Positions 44,916 to 56,951 of a stretch of DNA of 64,000 bases are shown piece by piece. Source of the stretch: Blastocladiella emersonii ATCC 22665 (Eukaryota; Fungi; Blastocladiomycota). The notes under the pieces are model-generated. The model saw nothing but the letters and a program-made list of their open reading frames with translations, was not told the DNA's origin and did not search any database. Each line of letters begins with the position of its first letter. Within the stretch, counting starts at the first letter, position 1. The stretch is taken from positions 2,604,001 through 2,668,000 of the forward strand of contig JANHCV010000001.1 in the NCBI GenBank assembly GCA_025594325.1, written 5' to 3'. A program made the position numbers and the translations under genes.

Positions 44916-46604
44916 ATGTCGCCGCCCGCCAACGCTGAGCTCTCGGCCACCGCCGCCGCCGCCGCCGCCCACGCGGCCGCCGCGCCCAAGTTCTCGGTCG
45001 CCGCCCCGAACGTGGCGTACGAGGACGGCAAGATCGTCGCCGACTACGCCTACACGTCGACCAAGGTGCACAAGACGGCCGACGGCCGCCTCCGCGTCGA
45101 GCCCGTCACCACCAACTACAAGTTCACGACCGACGCCAAGGTCCCGCGCCTCGGGTACGTTTTTTCACGCGAGGTGTGTGCGCCCGTGCTGCGCGACTGG
45201 AGCTAACCGCCGCCACCGACCCACTCCCACGCACACAGTGTCATGCTCGTCGGCTGGGGCGGCAACAACGGCTCGACCCTGACGGCGTCCATCATCGCCA
45301 ACCGCAACCAGCTGTCGTGGGAGACGCGCGAGGGCACGCAGAAGGCCAACTACTACGGCTCGCTCGTCATGGCGTCGACGGTCAAGCTCGGCGTCGACGC
45401 CGAGGACCCGACCAAGGAGATCTACGTGCCCCTGCACGACATGCTGCCCATGGTGCACCCCAACGACGTGGTGATCGGCGGCTGGGACATTTCGGGCCTC
45501 AACCTCGCCGACGCCATGGACCGCGCCAAGGTGCTCGAGCCCGACCTCCGCCGCCAGGTCCGCGACGAGATGCGCGCCATGGTCCCGCTTCCGTCGGTCT
45601 ACTACCCCGACTTCATCGCGTCCAACCAGGAGGAGCGCGCCGACAACGTGCTGCCCGGCAACGACAAGCAGGCCCACCTCGACCGCCTGCGCCAGGACAT
45701 GCGCGACTTCAAGGCCGCGCACGACCTCGACAAGCTCGTGGTCCTGTGGACCGCCAACACGGAGCGCTTCGCCGACCTCGTCGACGGCGTCAACGACTCG
45801 GCCGACAACCTGCTGGCCGCGATCGCCCGCTCCGAGGACGAGGTGTCGCCGTCGACCGTGTTTGCCGTGGCGTCGATCCTCGAGGGCCACACGTTCATCA
45901 ACGGGTCGCCGCAGAACACGTTCGTGCCCGGCGTGATCGAGCTCGCCGAGCGCCACCGCGTGCAGATTGGCGGCGACGACTTCAAGTCGGGCCAGACCAA
46001 GGTCAAGTCGGTGATCGTCGACTTCCTCGTCAACGCCGGCATCAAGCCGCTGTCGATTGCGTCGTACAACCACCTCGGCAACAACGACGGGCGCAACCTG
46101 TCGGAGCACAAGCAGTTCCGGTCCAAGGAGATCTCCAAGTCGTCGGTCGTCGACGACATGGTGGCGGCCAACCCGATCCTGTACGCGGACGGCGAGCACC
46201 CGGACCACATTGTGGTGATCAAGTACGTGCCGTCGGTCGGCGACTCGAAGCGCGCGCTCGACGAGTACAACTCGGAGATCTTCATGGGCGGCCGCAACAC
46301 GCTGTCCATGTTCAACACGTGCGAGGACTCGCTGCTCGCGTCGCCGCTCATCATCGACCTGTTTGTCCTCGGCGAGCTCTTCTCGCGCGTCCAGTACCAG
46401 GCCGGCGCCATGGCCAAGCCCGACTTCCTCCACTCGGTCCTCTCGCCCCTCTCGTACATGCTCAAGGCCCCGCTCGTCCCCGCCGGCACCCCGATCATCA
46501 ACTCGCTCCCGCGCCAGCGCAACGGCCTCGAGGCCTTCCTCCGCGCCCTCGTCGGCCTCCCCGTCAACAACGAGGCCAACCTCGAGTACAAGTGCTTCCA
46601 CTAA
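44916..46604 (+). CDS. INO1: Myo-inositol-1-phosphate synthase; one intron near 45156-45238
   Basis: [82 protein letters not shown]. Confidence 0.98.
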
Positions 46605-46731
46605 GCACTCGCTCTCTCCCCTTGATGTTCTTTTCTCATACAACGATCTGAGGCAGCCTCGCTCTGCTCTCTCCATTCTTTCTTTCCTACCACCCTCGTT
46701 CGTGTGCCACACAAGACTCGGTTGAATGTAT

Positions 46732-49405
46732 TCACGACAGCCCGAGCGCATCGAGCGCCTGATCCACGTCCGTCGGCGGCGGCGCGAGCAGCCCGAACCC
46801 GCGCGGCGCGGGCAGGTCGTTGACGCTGCGCGTCGTGCCCCACCGCGGCGGTGCCACGGGCCGCCGCAGCCGCGCGACGCTTGCCTCGCTGTTCCCAAAC
46901 GACGCGGGCCGGTGGAACCCGGGCTGCTGCTGCTGCTGCGGGGGACCGCCCCACGGCGACGGTTTCGACGGCGACCCGCGCACCTCGTCTTCGTCGTCGT
47001 CGTCATCGTCCGACGATAGCCCGGCCACACCCCCGCCGCTGCGGGGCGCCGCCGCCGAGACCCCGTTCCACCACTGCGACGCGAGCGAGGCCGCCGACTG
47101 CGTGAGCGACGCGACGCCCAGCGGCCCCGATGGCGGTTTCGGCGACCGCGAGTCGACGTCCATGGGCTCGGCCGCGGGCGGCGAGTACGCAGCTGCCGCG
47201 CCCGCGGGGTACGCGCCGCGGGGCGGCGACGCGAACGCGGTCGGAAACTTCTCCTCCTCCTCGTCGTCGTCGAGGATTCGGACGGGTCGGACGAACACGG
47301 GCGGGGCGCTCGGCTTCAACGCTTCGTCGCGTGCCGCGTGCGCCGCCGCGGCCGCCGCGTGCCGCTTGGCCTCGCGGTCGTCCCACGCGGCGCGCGCGAG
47401 GTTGCGCAGGAGCGGGGCCGCCGCGGCCGTCGCGGTGCGCGGGTCGGACCCGGGCACGCCGAGGGCGAGCGGCGCCGCGTGGATCTGCGTCGGGAGGTTG
47501 CCGAACCGCGGGTCCGCGTCCATGCGCGCGCGGAACGAGCTCAGCGTGCCGAAACCTTGGGGCCGCTTGACGAGCGACGGGTTCAGTGCGGAGGCTGGCG
47601 GGGCGAAGACGGGGTTCACGCCGCCGGTACGCGCGCGGGAGGGTGCGGCGGGAGCGGGGGCAGGGGCGGAGGGCGAGGCGCCGAGCGACCATGACGAGAT
47701 GCGGTCCATGAGGTTCTGCGTCGCGGTGCGCGGCGAGGTCGGGGAGACGGGCAGGCGGCGGCGCGGATGCTGCTGTCCTCGGTGGTCGGGCGAGTGTGGC
47801 GACGCGGAACGGGACGGGGAGTGCGACGGGTCCGAGACGTCGGCGGGCGTCAGGTTGAGCCGCGCGAGCATCTCGGCCGGCGTCAGGTGCCCGCCCGCGG
47901 GTGGGCCGCGCAGGTACGCGCCCGCGTAGCTGATCAGCGCGTTGTACTCGACGGACCACGTCCGGTGCTACGGTCGTGGCGTGAGCGGGGGGGGGGGGGG
48001 GGGGGGGTTTGCGGGGGTGTGAAGGGTGGTGTAGCGTACCACTAGCGCGAGGAGGGCTGAGGCAGCGACCGCGCCCCAGAGCCACGCCGCGCGCGACGCG
48101 CCGAGCGGGCTCTCGCTGTCGCTGAGCGTCAGGGCAAACACCTGGAGACCGAGAACGAACAGCCGCGGGATCATGCACAGAATCTACACCGCACTCGGGC
48201 GTGAGCTGCCGTCCAACCGCAAACCAGTACCGCGATGCGAACCCGATACCGCGCGAGCGCGCGCCCAAAGATCCGGTAGTAGAAGGCGCGCGACGGGTGG
48301 TCGCGGTAGTGCCAGCGCGCCGCGTACATGGGGTTGCGCGCGAGCTCGACGAACGCGTACCCGGCGACGAGCCACGTCGACCAGCTGGTCCATTCAAACT
48401 GCGGCGGCGCGACCACGCCGGCAGCCACGGCGGCCACCCAAGCGCCAATGATCCACGGCGCGATCGCCGCAAAAAGCATGAGGCCGAGGTGCCACGCGCG
48501 AATGGGCACGGGCACGCTCGTGACGACGGCGAGGCTCAGGTGCGGGAGCCCGGGGAGCGCGGCGCCGTTGCGGCCGGCGGCGGTGCGCTGGTGGTCAACA
48601 AACCACTCGTAGTGCGACGCCCAGTACCGCGCCAGGTTGCGCTCGCAGTCGCCGCACAGCCAGTCGAACGTGGACTTGTCCTACGCGTGCACAGCGGTTA
48701 GCGGCGAAGTGCGGTGGTGTGAACGACGCGGAAGAGAACCTTCTCGTCCTCGCGCACGAGCGTCGTGCGGATATAAATCTCCTGGTTCTGGAGGCAGTTG
48801 CGGCACAGGACCGCATCCGCACGGGTCGCGGCGGGCGGCTTGGTCGGCCGCGCCGCCCGGAGCGGGTCGGGCACCGAGTAGTACAGCGGCGGCGGGTTCT
48901 GCGCGGGATCGGAGAAGGCCGAGAGGTCGGCAAACTCGCCCGACTAGAAGCATATGGTCAGCGATGGCGCAAGGTCGCCCCAAGGAAGCACGCGCACCTC
49001 GTCAAATGCATTGGTCGCGCCGCAGTGCGGACAGCACCACGGTCCAGCGGCCAAGTGTTCAGGCTCGAGGTACGACCGCGTCGAGCAGTAGAAGCAGTCA
49101 ACGGGGACGAACGCCGGCCCGTCGGGGCTCGATGGACGCGAGTGTGCGCCCCGGCTCCGCCACCACCGCCAGAGGTACAGGACGACGACGGCAGCGGCGA
49201 CAATCGGGACCAGGCTCGATGCAGGGATATCGTCGAGGGCTGCTGGCTGGTCCCCTGCTTCGGCGGAGTCGGTGGTGGTGGGGAATGCAGCGCTCAGCCA
49301 GTCGGCGGCTGCTCCCAGCGGGTCGTCGAGCGAAGCCCACTCCCCGGCGGCGTCCCATGCCCGCAGTACTGATGGGAAGAGCGGTAGTTGGTCCATGGAA
49401 TACAT
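46732..49405 (-). CDS. IMA1: Inner nuclear membrane protein Ima1/TMEM201-like; multi-exon
   Basis: N-terminal TM then VDCFYC..WCCPHCGATN, FCAXC..NQ, LCGDCE, followed by several TM helices and a disordered C-terminal tail. Confidence 0.75.
47987..48007 (+). repeat. G21 homopolymer (C21 on the coding strand) within an IMA1 intron
   Basis: Direct count of the G run. Confidence 0.9.
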
Positions 49406-49574
49406 TGCAGCGAGTCGCTGGCCGGAATAGCGGGCCGAGCGAGGTCGCGGGTGGAGGGAGGAACCGCTCACCTCCATCGCCCACTCGAGCACAAGTATGA
49501 AACAGCAATGTGATGTGTATGAGCATGCTAAACGACAACTACGATAGGATTCCCGTTCGGGATGAGACAGCAGC

Positions 49575-52562
49575 TCAGTGCGCTGGCGGCCGCGGGACGG
49601 GCGGGAGGTGCGACTGGCTGAGCGAGTGGGCGAGCCCGAGCGACGGCGGCGGCGTGACGCTGGCCATCCTTGGCGGCGGCGTGGACGACGATCCGGCCGC
49701 CTGCGCCGCTGCCGCTGCCGCCGCGGCCGAGGCCATGGCGAGCTTTGGCGGGGGTGTTGGGGGCGCCGCGACTCCGCCATCACCACCAGTCGCGCCAGTG
49801 GTGCCCGTGGTCGCGCCCGACAGGTACACGCCGGACTTGGACCCCTTGACAGCGTTGACGAGCTCGGCGAGCGCCGAGTGGACCTCGTCGGCCATGGCGG
49901 GCGGGTCGAGCCCGCGCACGCGCAGGGTGAGCCGCTCGAGCCGCTCGGCCGTCATGGCGTACCGCGACGACGACGGCGGCAGCTGCGCGAGGAGCTGAAG
50001 CAGGTTGATGCTGTTGCCGAGCAGCTGGTTGCGCGTGGCCGCCTCGAGGTCGCAGAGCGGCGACGGCGACGGCCCGCCGTTCGAGCTGCAGGCGTCGACG
50101 CTGGCGCGGCACCGCACGAGCAGATCCATGAGCTCCTGCGTCGCCACGTCGAGGCGCCGCTCCTGGCCCGCAGCGGAGCTCGAGGGCCCGCCGCCGCCAC
50201 CGACGGCACCGCCCGCGGGGGCCGACGTAGACCCGCCTGCGGCAGCCGCCGACGCTGCCGTGTCAATGGACATGAGCGCGGCCGAGCTGCCGGACCGCCG
50301 GCGGTACGCGCTGGGCGGTCCGGACGCCGTGACGGGCGAGCCGGGCGACCCTTCGCGGCCGGGCGCGCCGCCACTACCGGCGCCGACGACGTGCTGGAGC
50401 GCGCCGCGGAAGAGGTCGGGCGCGGGCGACGCGGGGCGGGGCTTCTTAGCGTGCCCGTCCTTGCTGCGGGAGATGTTGACGTAGCAGCTGGGGACCCATC
50501 CCTGTGTGCCGCCGCTCTCGACGAGGAGCCAGTGCTGGTACCCCTTGATGAGCTTGAGCGAGTCGCCCTTCTTGATGGACAGCTCGTTGGGCCCGATCTT
50601 GTCGTAGTCGAACAGCACGCGCCCGTGCATGCCCTCGATGCGGTCCTCGCCCTTGTTCTCCTCGACCAGGCACCCGGCGGGCACCCACCCGTGCTCGCCG
50701 CGCTTGTCGACGACGCACCACCCGGTGCTGCGCGACCGGATCACCACCGTGTCGCCGATGATCAGCGACAGCTCGTCGGGCCGCTGCGCCTTGTACTCGT
50801 ACACGGCCACCGCGCGCGACGACTCGGTCGGCGCGGGGAGCGCGGCGGCGTTGGCACCGGACGAGGATGACGAAGGCGCGGCAGGCGCGGGCTGCTGCTG
50901 CTGCTGCTGGCTGTTGTTGCTCGCGTGGCGGCTCTCGACGTCGTCGGCCACGCGGATCGGGTTCATGGAGCCCGAGCCGCCGCCGCCGACGTTGATCGGG
51001 AGCACGGGGCCCTGCGAGCTGTGGAGGGCGGCGACAACGCTGGCGGGTGGCGGGAGCGCGGCGGGGAGGGGCGCGTTGAGCTGGGGCGGTGTGCCGGGGG
51101 ACCCGTTCGCGCCGCCAGCGGAGCGGTACTGCATGGCGGCCGACTGCTGGGTCGCGTAGACGGCAGTGGGCGGCTCGGCGGGGGCCTCGCGCGACATGGG
51201 CGAGTGGACCTGCTTGATATGGCGCATGACAAAGTAGGGTTCGGGGCTGGCGGGGGCCGTGACAAAGTACTCGTTGTAGACGCGCAGCGGGTACTCGTCG
51301 TACCCGAGGCACCGCTCGTTGCCGCTGGCCGGGATGATGAACAGTGCGTACTGCGACCAGTCGTCGTGGATCTTGTACTTTCGCAGCGCCACGGGCAGGA
51401 ACATGCTGCACGTCTCGTCGCGGTGCACCTTGAACGACTTGTACCCCTCGTGCGTGCGGTTCTGCAGCCGGTCGCCAAACACCTTGATGGTCCCGAACGT
51501 TTCCGTGTCGCCCGACGGCAGCGAGCCGGCCGAGGCCAGCGCGATGCTGCCCGTCGGCGACCACGGCACGCCACCCGACCCGGCGCCCGTGGCCGACACG
51601 GCGCTCGGCAGACTCGGCACGCTGTTGGAGATGCCGCCCGTGGTCAGCGAGCGCGTGAGCAGGGTCGGCGACTTTTTGCGCGTCGGACCCGACGAGCCGC
51701 CCGACGACTGCTGCTGCTGCTGGAGGCGTTTCTCCTTTTCGAGGATGCTCTGGTACTCCTTGTTCATGGTGAGCACCGGGTTAAGGTCGTCCTTGAGGCG
51801 CTGCAGCTCGGTGTGGAGCGCGGCGATCTCGTTGTTGACGCGGTGGAGTTGCTCAGCTACGGCGATGGTGTGAGATGGTGCGGGTCGGGGGGGTTACGAG
51901 GCAGGAGAGCGTACATTGTTGCCGAAAGGCGTCGACGAGCTTCTTGGGGTCCACGTCGCTACCGTGGTGGTCGAGAAACGAGAAGAGCGACTTTTTCTTC
52001 TCCGAGGGAGCAGACTACAGGCAAACGATGGGTCAATGACATGCTCGCGTAGCAGTTCCCGGCCAGAGAAGTGGCGTACCTGACGGCCGTGGTCAAACGA
52101 CTCGGGGACTAGATGCGGCGGCACGAGTCAGTCATTGAGACGCCGAGAGTCTTACACGAACACGAACGCACCAATGGGGACAAAGTCGCCGACCTCGATA
52201 GGCACGCCGTGGGCGCGCTTGAGCGAGTAAATGGCCTTGAGCATAGCGATACGGACGCCGACCTTTTCGATCCCGAGCTCCTGCAGCAGGTCGTCGCTGA
52301 GGTGGACGAGCACGTCGCCCGAAATGTCGTTGTCGAGGAACCGGCGGTCGTACCCGGCGAACCCGGCCGACACGACCCACGCCGCGACGCGGCTAATGTC
52401 CCACGCCGTGACGTGGTTGCTGTCGACGATAGCCGCGCCCGCCGACGACGTGGACGCAGAGGCCGACGCGGATGCAGCGGCAGCGGCCGACGCCGAGGCG
52501 GTCCGCGGCGGGAGTGCGCTCGCCGGCAGCGACGAGGCGAAAAACGACAGCGGCGTCGCCAT
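49575..52562 (-). CDS. STE50: MAPK adaptor Ste50/Ubc2-type (SAM - coiled coil - RA - two SH3); multi-exon
   Basis: SAM: WDISRVAAWV..FLDNDISGDVL..LGIEKVGVRIAMLKAI. RA: IKVFG..YKSFKV..ALRKYKI..DWSQYALFI..ERCLGYDEYPL. Two SH3: AVAVYEYKA..GWVPAGCL and RVLFDYD..GWVPSCYV. Confidence 0.88.
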
Positions 52563-53340
52563 GGTCACGGGCACGCCCGGGGCAAAGTCCGAGTGGTTCA
52601 GGTGTCGCGAGAGCGCCAGCGTGGACGGTGCAGCGCGGGGATGCGCGGGCGGATAGGTGCAAAAGATGCGAGCGTGTAGGGCGCTCACGCGCGAGGTGTG
52701 GCGAAGTTGTGGCGGCGCAGACGAGACGCGCTGGAACGGCGGTGGCGACGGCGTTCCCGAAGCAGCCGAGAGCGAGCGTCAGCGGGGCCGTTGATCCGAG
52801 TCCCGCGCCGGGAGTCGAGTGTGGCGACGCGACGTGGGGACGCTGGAGGAGCACGCGCGCGATGGGGGGACGACACGCGCGCGACGGCGGAGGAGGGTGC
52901 AACGGGCTAGTGGTCGCAGGCCACGGCACGTTGCGGGTAGTAGTGGAGGTGTGCGCTTATGGAGAGCGACGGCGAGGCACGAAGAGGTTGGGCGAGGCCG
53001 AAGCCGGCGACGTGACCGCAGCCGCGCCACACGCTTCTTCTTCCATGTGTGGCGCGCCGCGACCATCACTCTTCTCGCTCAATCCGATGGTCATGGCCAT
53101 GGTCGTGGAGCCTCAACAAGCAACCCGACGGCCATGGCCACGGTAACAAGTATGCAAATTAATGGACGGTTACACACAAAACTAAACGTGTTGCTGAGCG
53201 CGATCTACGCTCGAGGATACAAAATGGGAGGGAGGAGGCCCCGCGAGCGACAACTCGTGTCGCCCGCAACACAAGGGCAGGCAATACAAAACACACAAGG
53301 AGCACTAGGTAGTAGCGTGCTCGGTAGTAGTAGTACTAGT

Positions 53341-54699
53341 CTAAGCGGCCGCCTTCTCGTCCTTGGCCGAGACGCTATCGGTCTCGCGGATAAAGAAGGC
53401 GAGGACGGACGCGACGCCGAAGCAGACACCGGCAAGGAGCAGGCCCCACGGGAGGCCCTGATCGCCGAGCCCACTGCGCATCGCCGAGATGACAAAGGTG
53501 ATGATGAGCTGCGGCGAGCAGATGAAGAGGTTGAGCTGGCCCATCTGCATGCCGACGTCCGACTGCGACTTGCCCGCGTTCTGCTTGCCGACGATGGCGA
53601 ACGGGAACGAGTTGACGGCCGAGATCGGGACGGCCATGACGAGCGCGACAATGTACCCGAACGTGTGGTTCTGCGGGCCGAACTTGGCAAGGACCAGGAA
53701 CACGGCGCCGACCGCGAGGCAGAAGGCGTACGGCACGCGCATGCGGCGGATCACGCCGTACTGGAGCGCGAGGGCGAGACCGAGCGAGAAGGCGGTCTGC
53801 AGGAGGTTGGCGAAGATGCCCGACTCGCCGTACACGGCGGTACCGTCCTTGTACAGCTGCTGCTGCGCCTCGGAGCACCCGGCGTCGGCCGCGAGGCACC
53901 CGCCGTACACGTTGCGCGCGAACCACGTCGACGACGTCGGCCACCACGAGAAGAGCGCCGCCCACGAGAAGAACTCGATGGCGCACACCAGCGCGACCGT
54001 CGGCTGCATCTTGGGCACCGACGCGAACACCTCGACGAAGACCGACCCAATCGACGACCCGCCGTTGCGCGCCTCGGTCTGCGGCTTCTCCTTGACGGCG
54101 AGGCACACGGACGAGATCAGGACGACGTTGAGGGCCATGACGATACCGAACAGGCGGGGCAGCTCGCTGGGCTCGCCCGTCCACAGCAGGCGCATCAGGC
54201 CGAAGCCGAGCATGCCGCCGACACCCTGGAACAGCGCCGACATGAGCTGGACGGTCGCCTGCTGGCTCTCGGGCACCTGGTCCGAGCAGAAGGCGCGGAG
54301 CGGCGTCTGCATCACGTTGATGGTGATGTCGAGGCAGATGAAGGCGAGGAACCCGACGACGGTCTTGGCGGAACCCATGAGGTACGAGAAGGCGAACACG
54401 GCCGAGGCGACCATGGTGAGGAGCAGGCCGGCGACGATGAAGGGCCGGCGACGGCCGTACTTGGAGGTCGAGCGGTCCGAGATGGCGCCGACGATCGGGG
54501 CCGTGAAGAAGCCCGTGATGGGGCCGAAGATCCAGATGAGCGACGCAAACGAGCCCTCGAGGCCGTACGACTCGAGCACGGGCGTGGTCACGCCAAACTC
54601 GGTCGACCAGATGGCCTGGATGGCGATCCACGGCGCGGCGAGGACCGCGAGCTTGAAGATGCTGAGCCGCTCGAGCTCCTGGGGCTTGGTGTCGGACAT
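53341..54699 (-). CDS. Sucrose/alpha-glucoside:H+ symporter (SUT/SLC45, GPH family), intronless
   Basis: IQAIWSTEFG, LIWIFGPITGFFTAPIVGAISDRSTSKYGRRRPFI, LDITINVMQTPLRAFCSD, FFSWAALF, GQLNLFICSPQ. Confidence 0.92.
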   Translation of the reverse strand: MSDTKPQELERLSIFKLAVLAAPWIAIQAIWSTEFGVTTPVLESYGLEGSFASLIWIFGPITGFFTAPIVGAISDRSTSKYGRRRPFIVAGLLLTMVASAVFAFSYLMGSAKTVVGFLAFICLDITINVMQTPLRAFCSDQVPESQQATVQLMSALFQGVGGMLGFGLMRLLWTGEPSELPRLFGIVMALNVVLISSVCLAVKEKPQTEARNGGSSIGSVFVEVFASVPKMQPTVALVCAIEFFSWAALFSWWPTSSTWFARNVYGGCLAADAGCSEAQQQLYKDGTAVYGESGIFANLLQTAFSLGLALALQYGVIRRMRVPYAFCLAVGAVFLVLAKFGPQNHTFGYIVALVMAVPISAVNSFPFAIVGKQNAGKSQSDVGMQMGQLNLFICSPQLIITFVISAMRSGLGDQGLPWGLLLAGVCFGVASVLAFFIRETDSVSAKDEKAAA

Positions 54700-55442
54700 G
54701 GCGGGCTGTGGCGGAGGCGGAGGCGGCGGCGACGTGGCGGTGGAGGTGGAGGTGGAGGTGGTGGAGGTGGTGGTACAGTAGTGGCGGCGGCGCAGCCACG
54801 GAGGAAAGGGAAGGGTCGACGATGAAAGATGAGAGAATCGAAGGGTCGATGGGTCTATCGTGAGAGCTGCAGCAGTACGGGCGTGCCCGCCTTTTGTAGG
54901 CCCCGCGAACATGCAAGGTCCGATGCGCCATCTTCCGCCGCGACGCGCCTCTACTCCTCGCCCTCGCGACCGCGCTCAAACTTTGAGTTCGCCCGGGTGT
55001 GGCGACGGCCGGTTTCGCAGTTTTCAGCACGGTGGCCAATGGGCGTCTTGCTTGCCCGTCGCGGTTTCGCCCCGGGCCCTTGTCTTCCTTGTTCCACCGC
55101 CGCAAACACCCGAAAGTCGCTGCCCTGGTGACTCTCCGTCTCGCCGCAATGGCCACCCTCGTCTCGTCGTCGCCGACCCTCGCTCCCACGAGTCTCACAA
55201 CATCACGACCAAGACCTGTACGCGTCCATTCCCATCATCTTCGAGTTGTCACGTCGCGTGGGCCTCCTCGGCGCGTGCGACTGCTCCCCGGACGACGATG
55301 TGGTGTGTGCTTGTGGCCACACGTCGCCCTCTTCCCGCGGGATCAGCCTTGCCATCACAGCGCATGGGGCCTCTCCTCCTCCCATCATGCAGACCCACAC
55401 TCACGCCCCGCAACCCTGTTCCGGCGCGTAGAATCCATCAAC

Positions 55443-56951
55443 ATGACCGCGCCCATCACGCCCGCCGCCGGCCTCGACCTGCCGGTGATCAAGCACAACG
55501 CCGCGCTGGCGCCGCTGCTCCGGCCGGCGTACTCGTCCGAGGCCGAGGTGCGGGCCATCTGGGACGTGCTCGCGGCCAAGGGCTCGCTGCGGATCCCGCG
55601 CATCACAGGCCGAGGCCTGTTCAAGGCGGCGCTGACGGGCGAGCTGACCGAGTCGGGCGAGGACTACACGGGCTACGGCAACTGCTGGGTGCGCGACTCG
55701 GTACACGTCGCGCATGCGCTGCTGGTGCAGGGCGACGCTGCGGCGGCTGTGGCCGCGGTCCAGGACCTCGCGCGCTTCTGGCTCGCGCACCGGAGCCGCT
55801 GGGCGCAGTGCATCGCGCACACGGTCGACTTTGCTCACGACCCGACGGTCCGCCCGCACATCCGCTTCAACGGCGCCGCGCTGCGCGAGAACCCCGAGAC
55901 GTGGGCGCACGCCCAGAACGACGCGCTCGGGTACGCCATGTGGCTCGCCGTCGCGCTCGCCGCGGACGGCCACCTCGACCTCGCCGCCCCGCTCACACAC
56001 CCCGAGTCGGGCGAGCCCATCGGGTCGATCGTCGACCTGCTCGCCCTCATGACGCTGTTCATGCACGCGGTCCAGTTCTGGTGCGACGCCGACTCGGGCC
56101 ACTGGGAGGAGGCCCGCAAGGTCGAGGCGTCGTCGATCGGGCCCGTCACGGCCGGGTTCCGCGACCTGCTCGCGCACCTCGACGCCAACGCGCCGCTCAA
56201 GGCGCAGTTCAACCAGGCGGTCGCTGCCGTGGCCGCCGAGCTCGACGTGCCCGCCGTCGCGCAGCGCGTCAACCACCCGATCCCCGTCACCGCCGCCACG
56301 GCCGGCCACGACCTCGTCCAGCAGCTGCACGCCAAGGGCGCTGCGACGCTCGCCGAGATTCTGCCGTACGAGAGCCGCACGCCGGGCGCCGAGCGCGCGA
56401 CGGACGCGGCGCTCCTGTTCCTCGTGTACCCGCTGAACGTGGTCCCGCACGGGATGGCGCGGCGCATCGTGCACGACGTGGTGCGCGACCTCGCGGGCGA
56501 CTACGGGATCCGGAGGTACGCGGGCGACAGCTACTGGTGCGCCGGGTACAAGACGCTGCTCGACGAGGCGCACCGGACGGCCGACTTCTCGGACGACATG
56601 TCGGCGCGCGACGCGCTGCTCAAGCCCGGCCAGGAGGCCCAGTGGTGCATCTTCGACAGCGTCGTGGCGTGCATCTACGGCGAGTGGGCGCGCGACACGG
56701 CCGCGGCGCCCGAGCAGCGCGCTGCCGACCGCGCGGCGCAGGCGCACTTCTTCAACCGCGCCGTCGGCCAGGTCACGGGCGACGACTGCGCGTTCGGCGC
56801 GTGGCACTGCCCCGAGTCGTACTACATCGAGGACGCCAAGGCGGGCAAGTACGTCGTCAACGACGTGTGCCCGCTGCTGTGGACCAGCGCCAACATGATC
56901 AAGGCGCTCGACGGTATGGTCAAGACGGTCCGCGACGCGTCGTCGGCGTAA
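55443..56951 (+). CDS. GH15-like (alpha/alpha)6 glycoside hydrolase, bacterial 'phosphorylase kinase alpha/beta-like' type; intronless, no signal peptide
   Basis: YGNCWVRD, WAHAQNDALG, DSGHWEE..ASSIG, TDAALL, GIRRY.GDSYW, EAQWCIFD, CPESYY, PLLWT. Confidence 0.8.
   Translation: MTAPITPAAGLDLPVIKHNAALAPLLRPAYSSEAEVRAIWDVLAAKGSLRIPRITGRGLFKAALTGELTESGEDYTGYGNCWVRDSVHVAHALLVQGDAAAAVAAVQDLARFWLAHRSRWAQCIAHTVDFAHDPTVRPHIRFNGAALRENPETWAHAQNDALGYAMWLAVALAADGHLDLAAPLTHPESGEPIGSIVDLLALMTLFMHAVQFWCDADSGHWEEARKVEASSIGPVTAGFRDLLAHLDANAPLKAQFNQAVAAVAAELDVPAVAQRVNHPIPVTAATAGHDLVQQLHAKGAATLAEILPYESRTPGAERATDAALLFLVYPLNVVPHGMARRIVHDVVRDLAGDYGIRRYAGDSYWCAGYKTLLDEAHRTADFSDDMSARDALLKPGQEAQWCIFDSVVACIYGEWARDTAAAPEQRAADRAAQAHFFNRAVGQVTGDDCAFGAWHCPESYYIEDAKAGKYVVNDVCPLLWTSANMIKALDGMVKTVRDASSA

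Noticed and set aside
15193-46604. Possible lipid/isoprenoid gene cluster (ERG27, DFG10, IDI1, INO1)
   Set aside because: Genes are dispersed among unrelated housekeeping genes over ~30 kb and do not form consecutive pathway steps.
54715-54780. GGC/GGT/GGA trinucleotide-like run upstream of the transporter ATG
   Set aside because: Ordinary low-complexity leader or microsatellite-like sequence.
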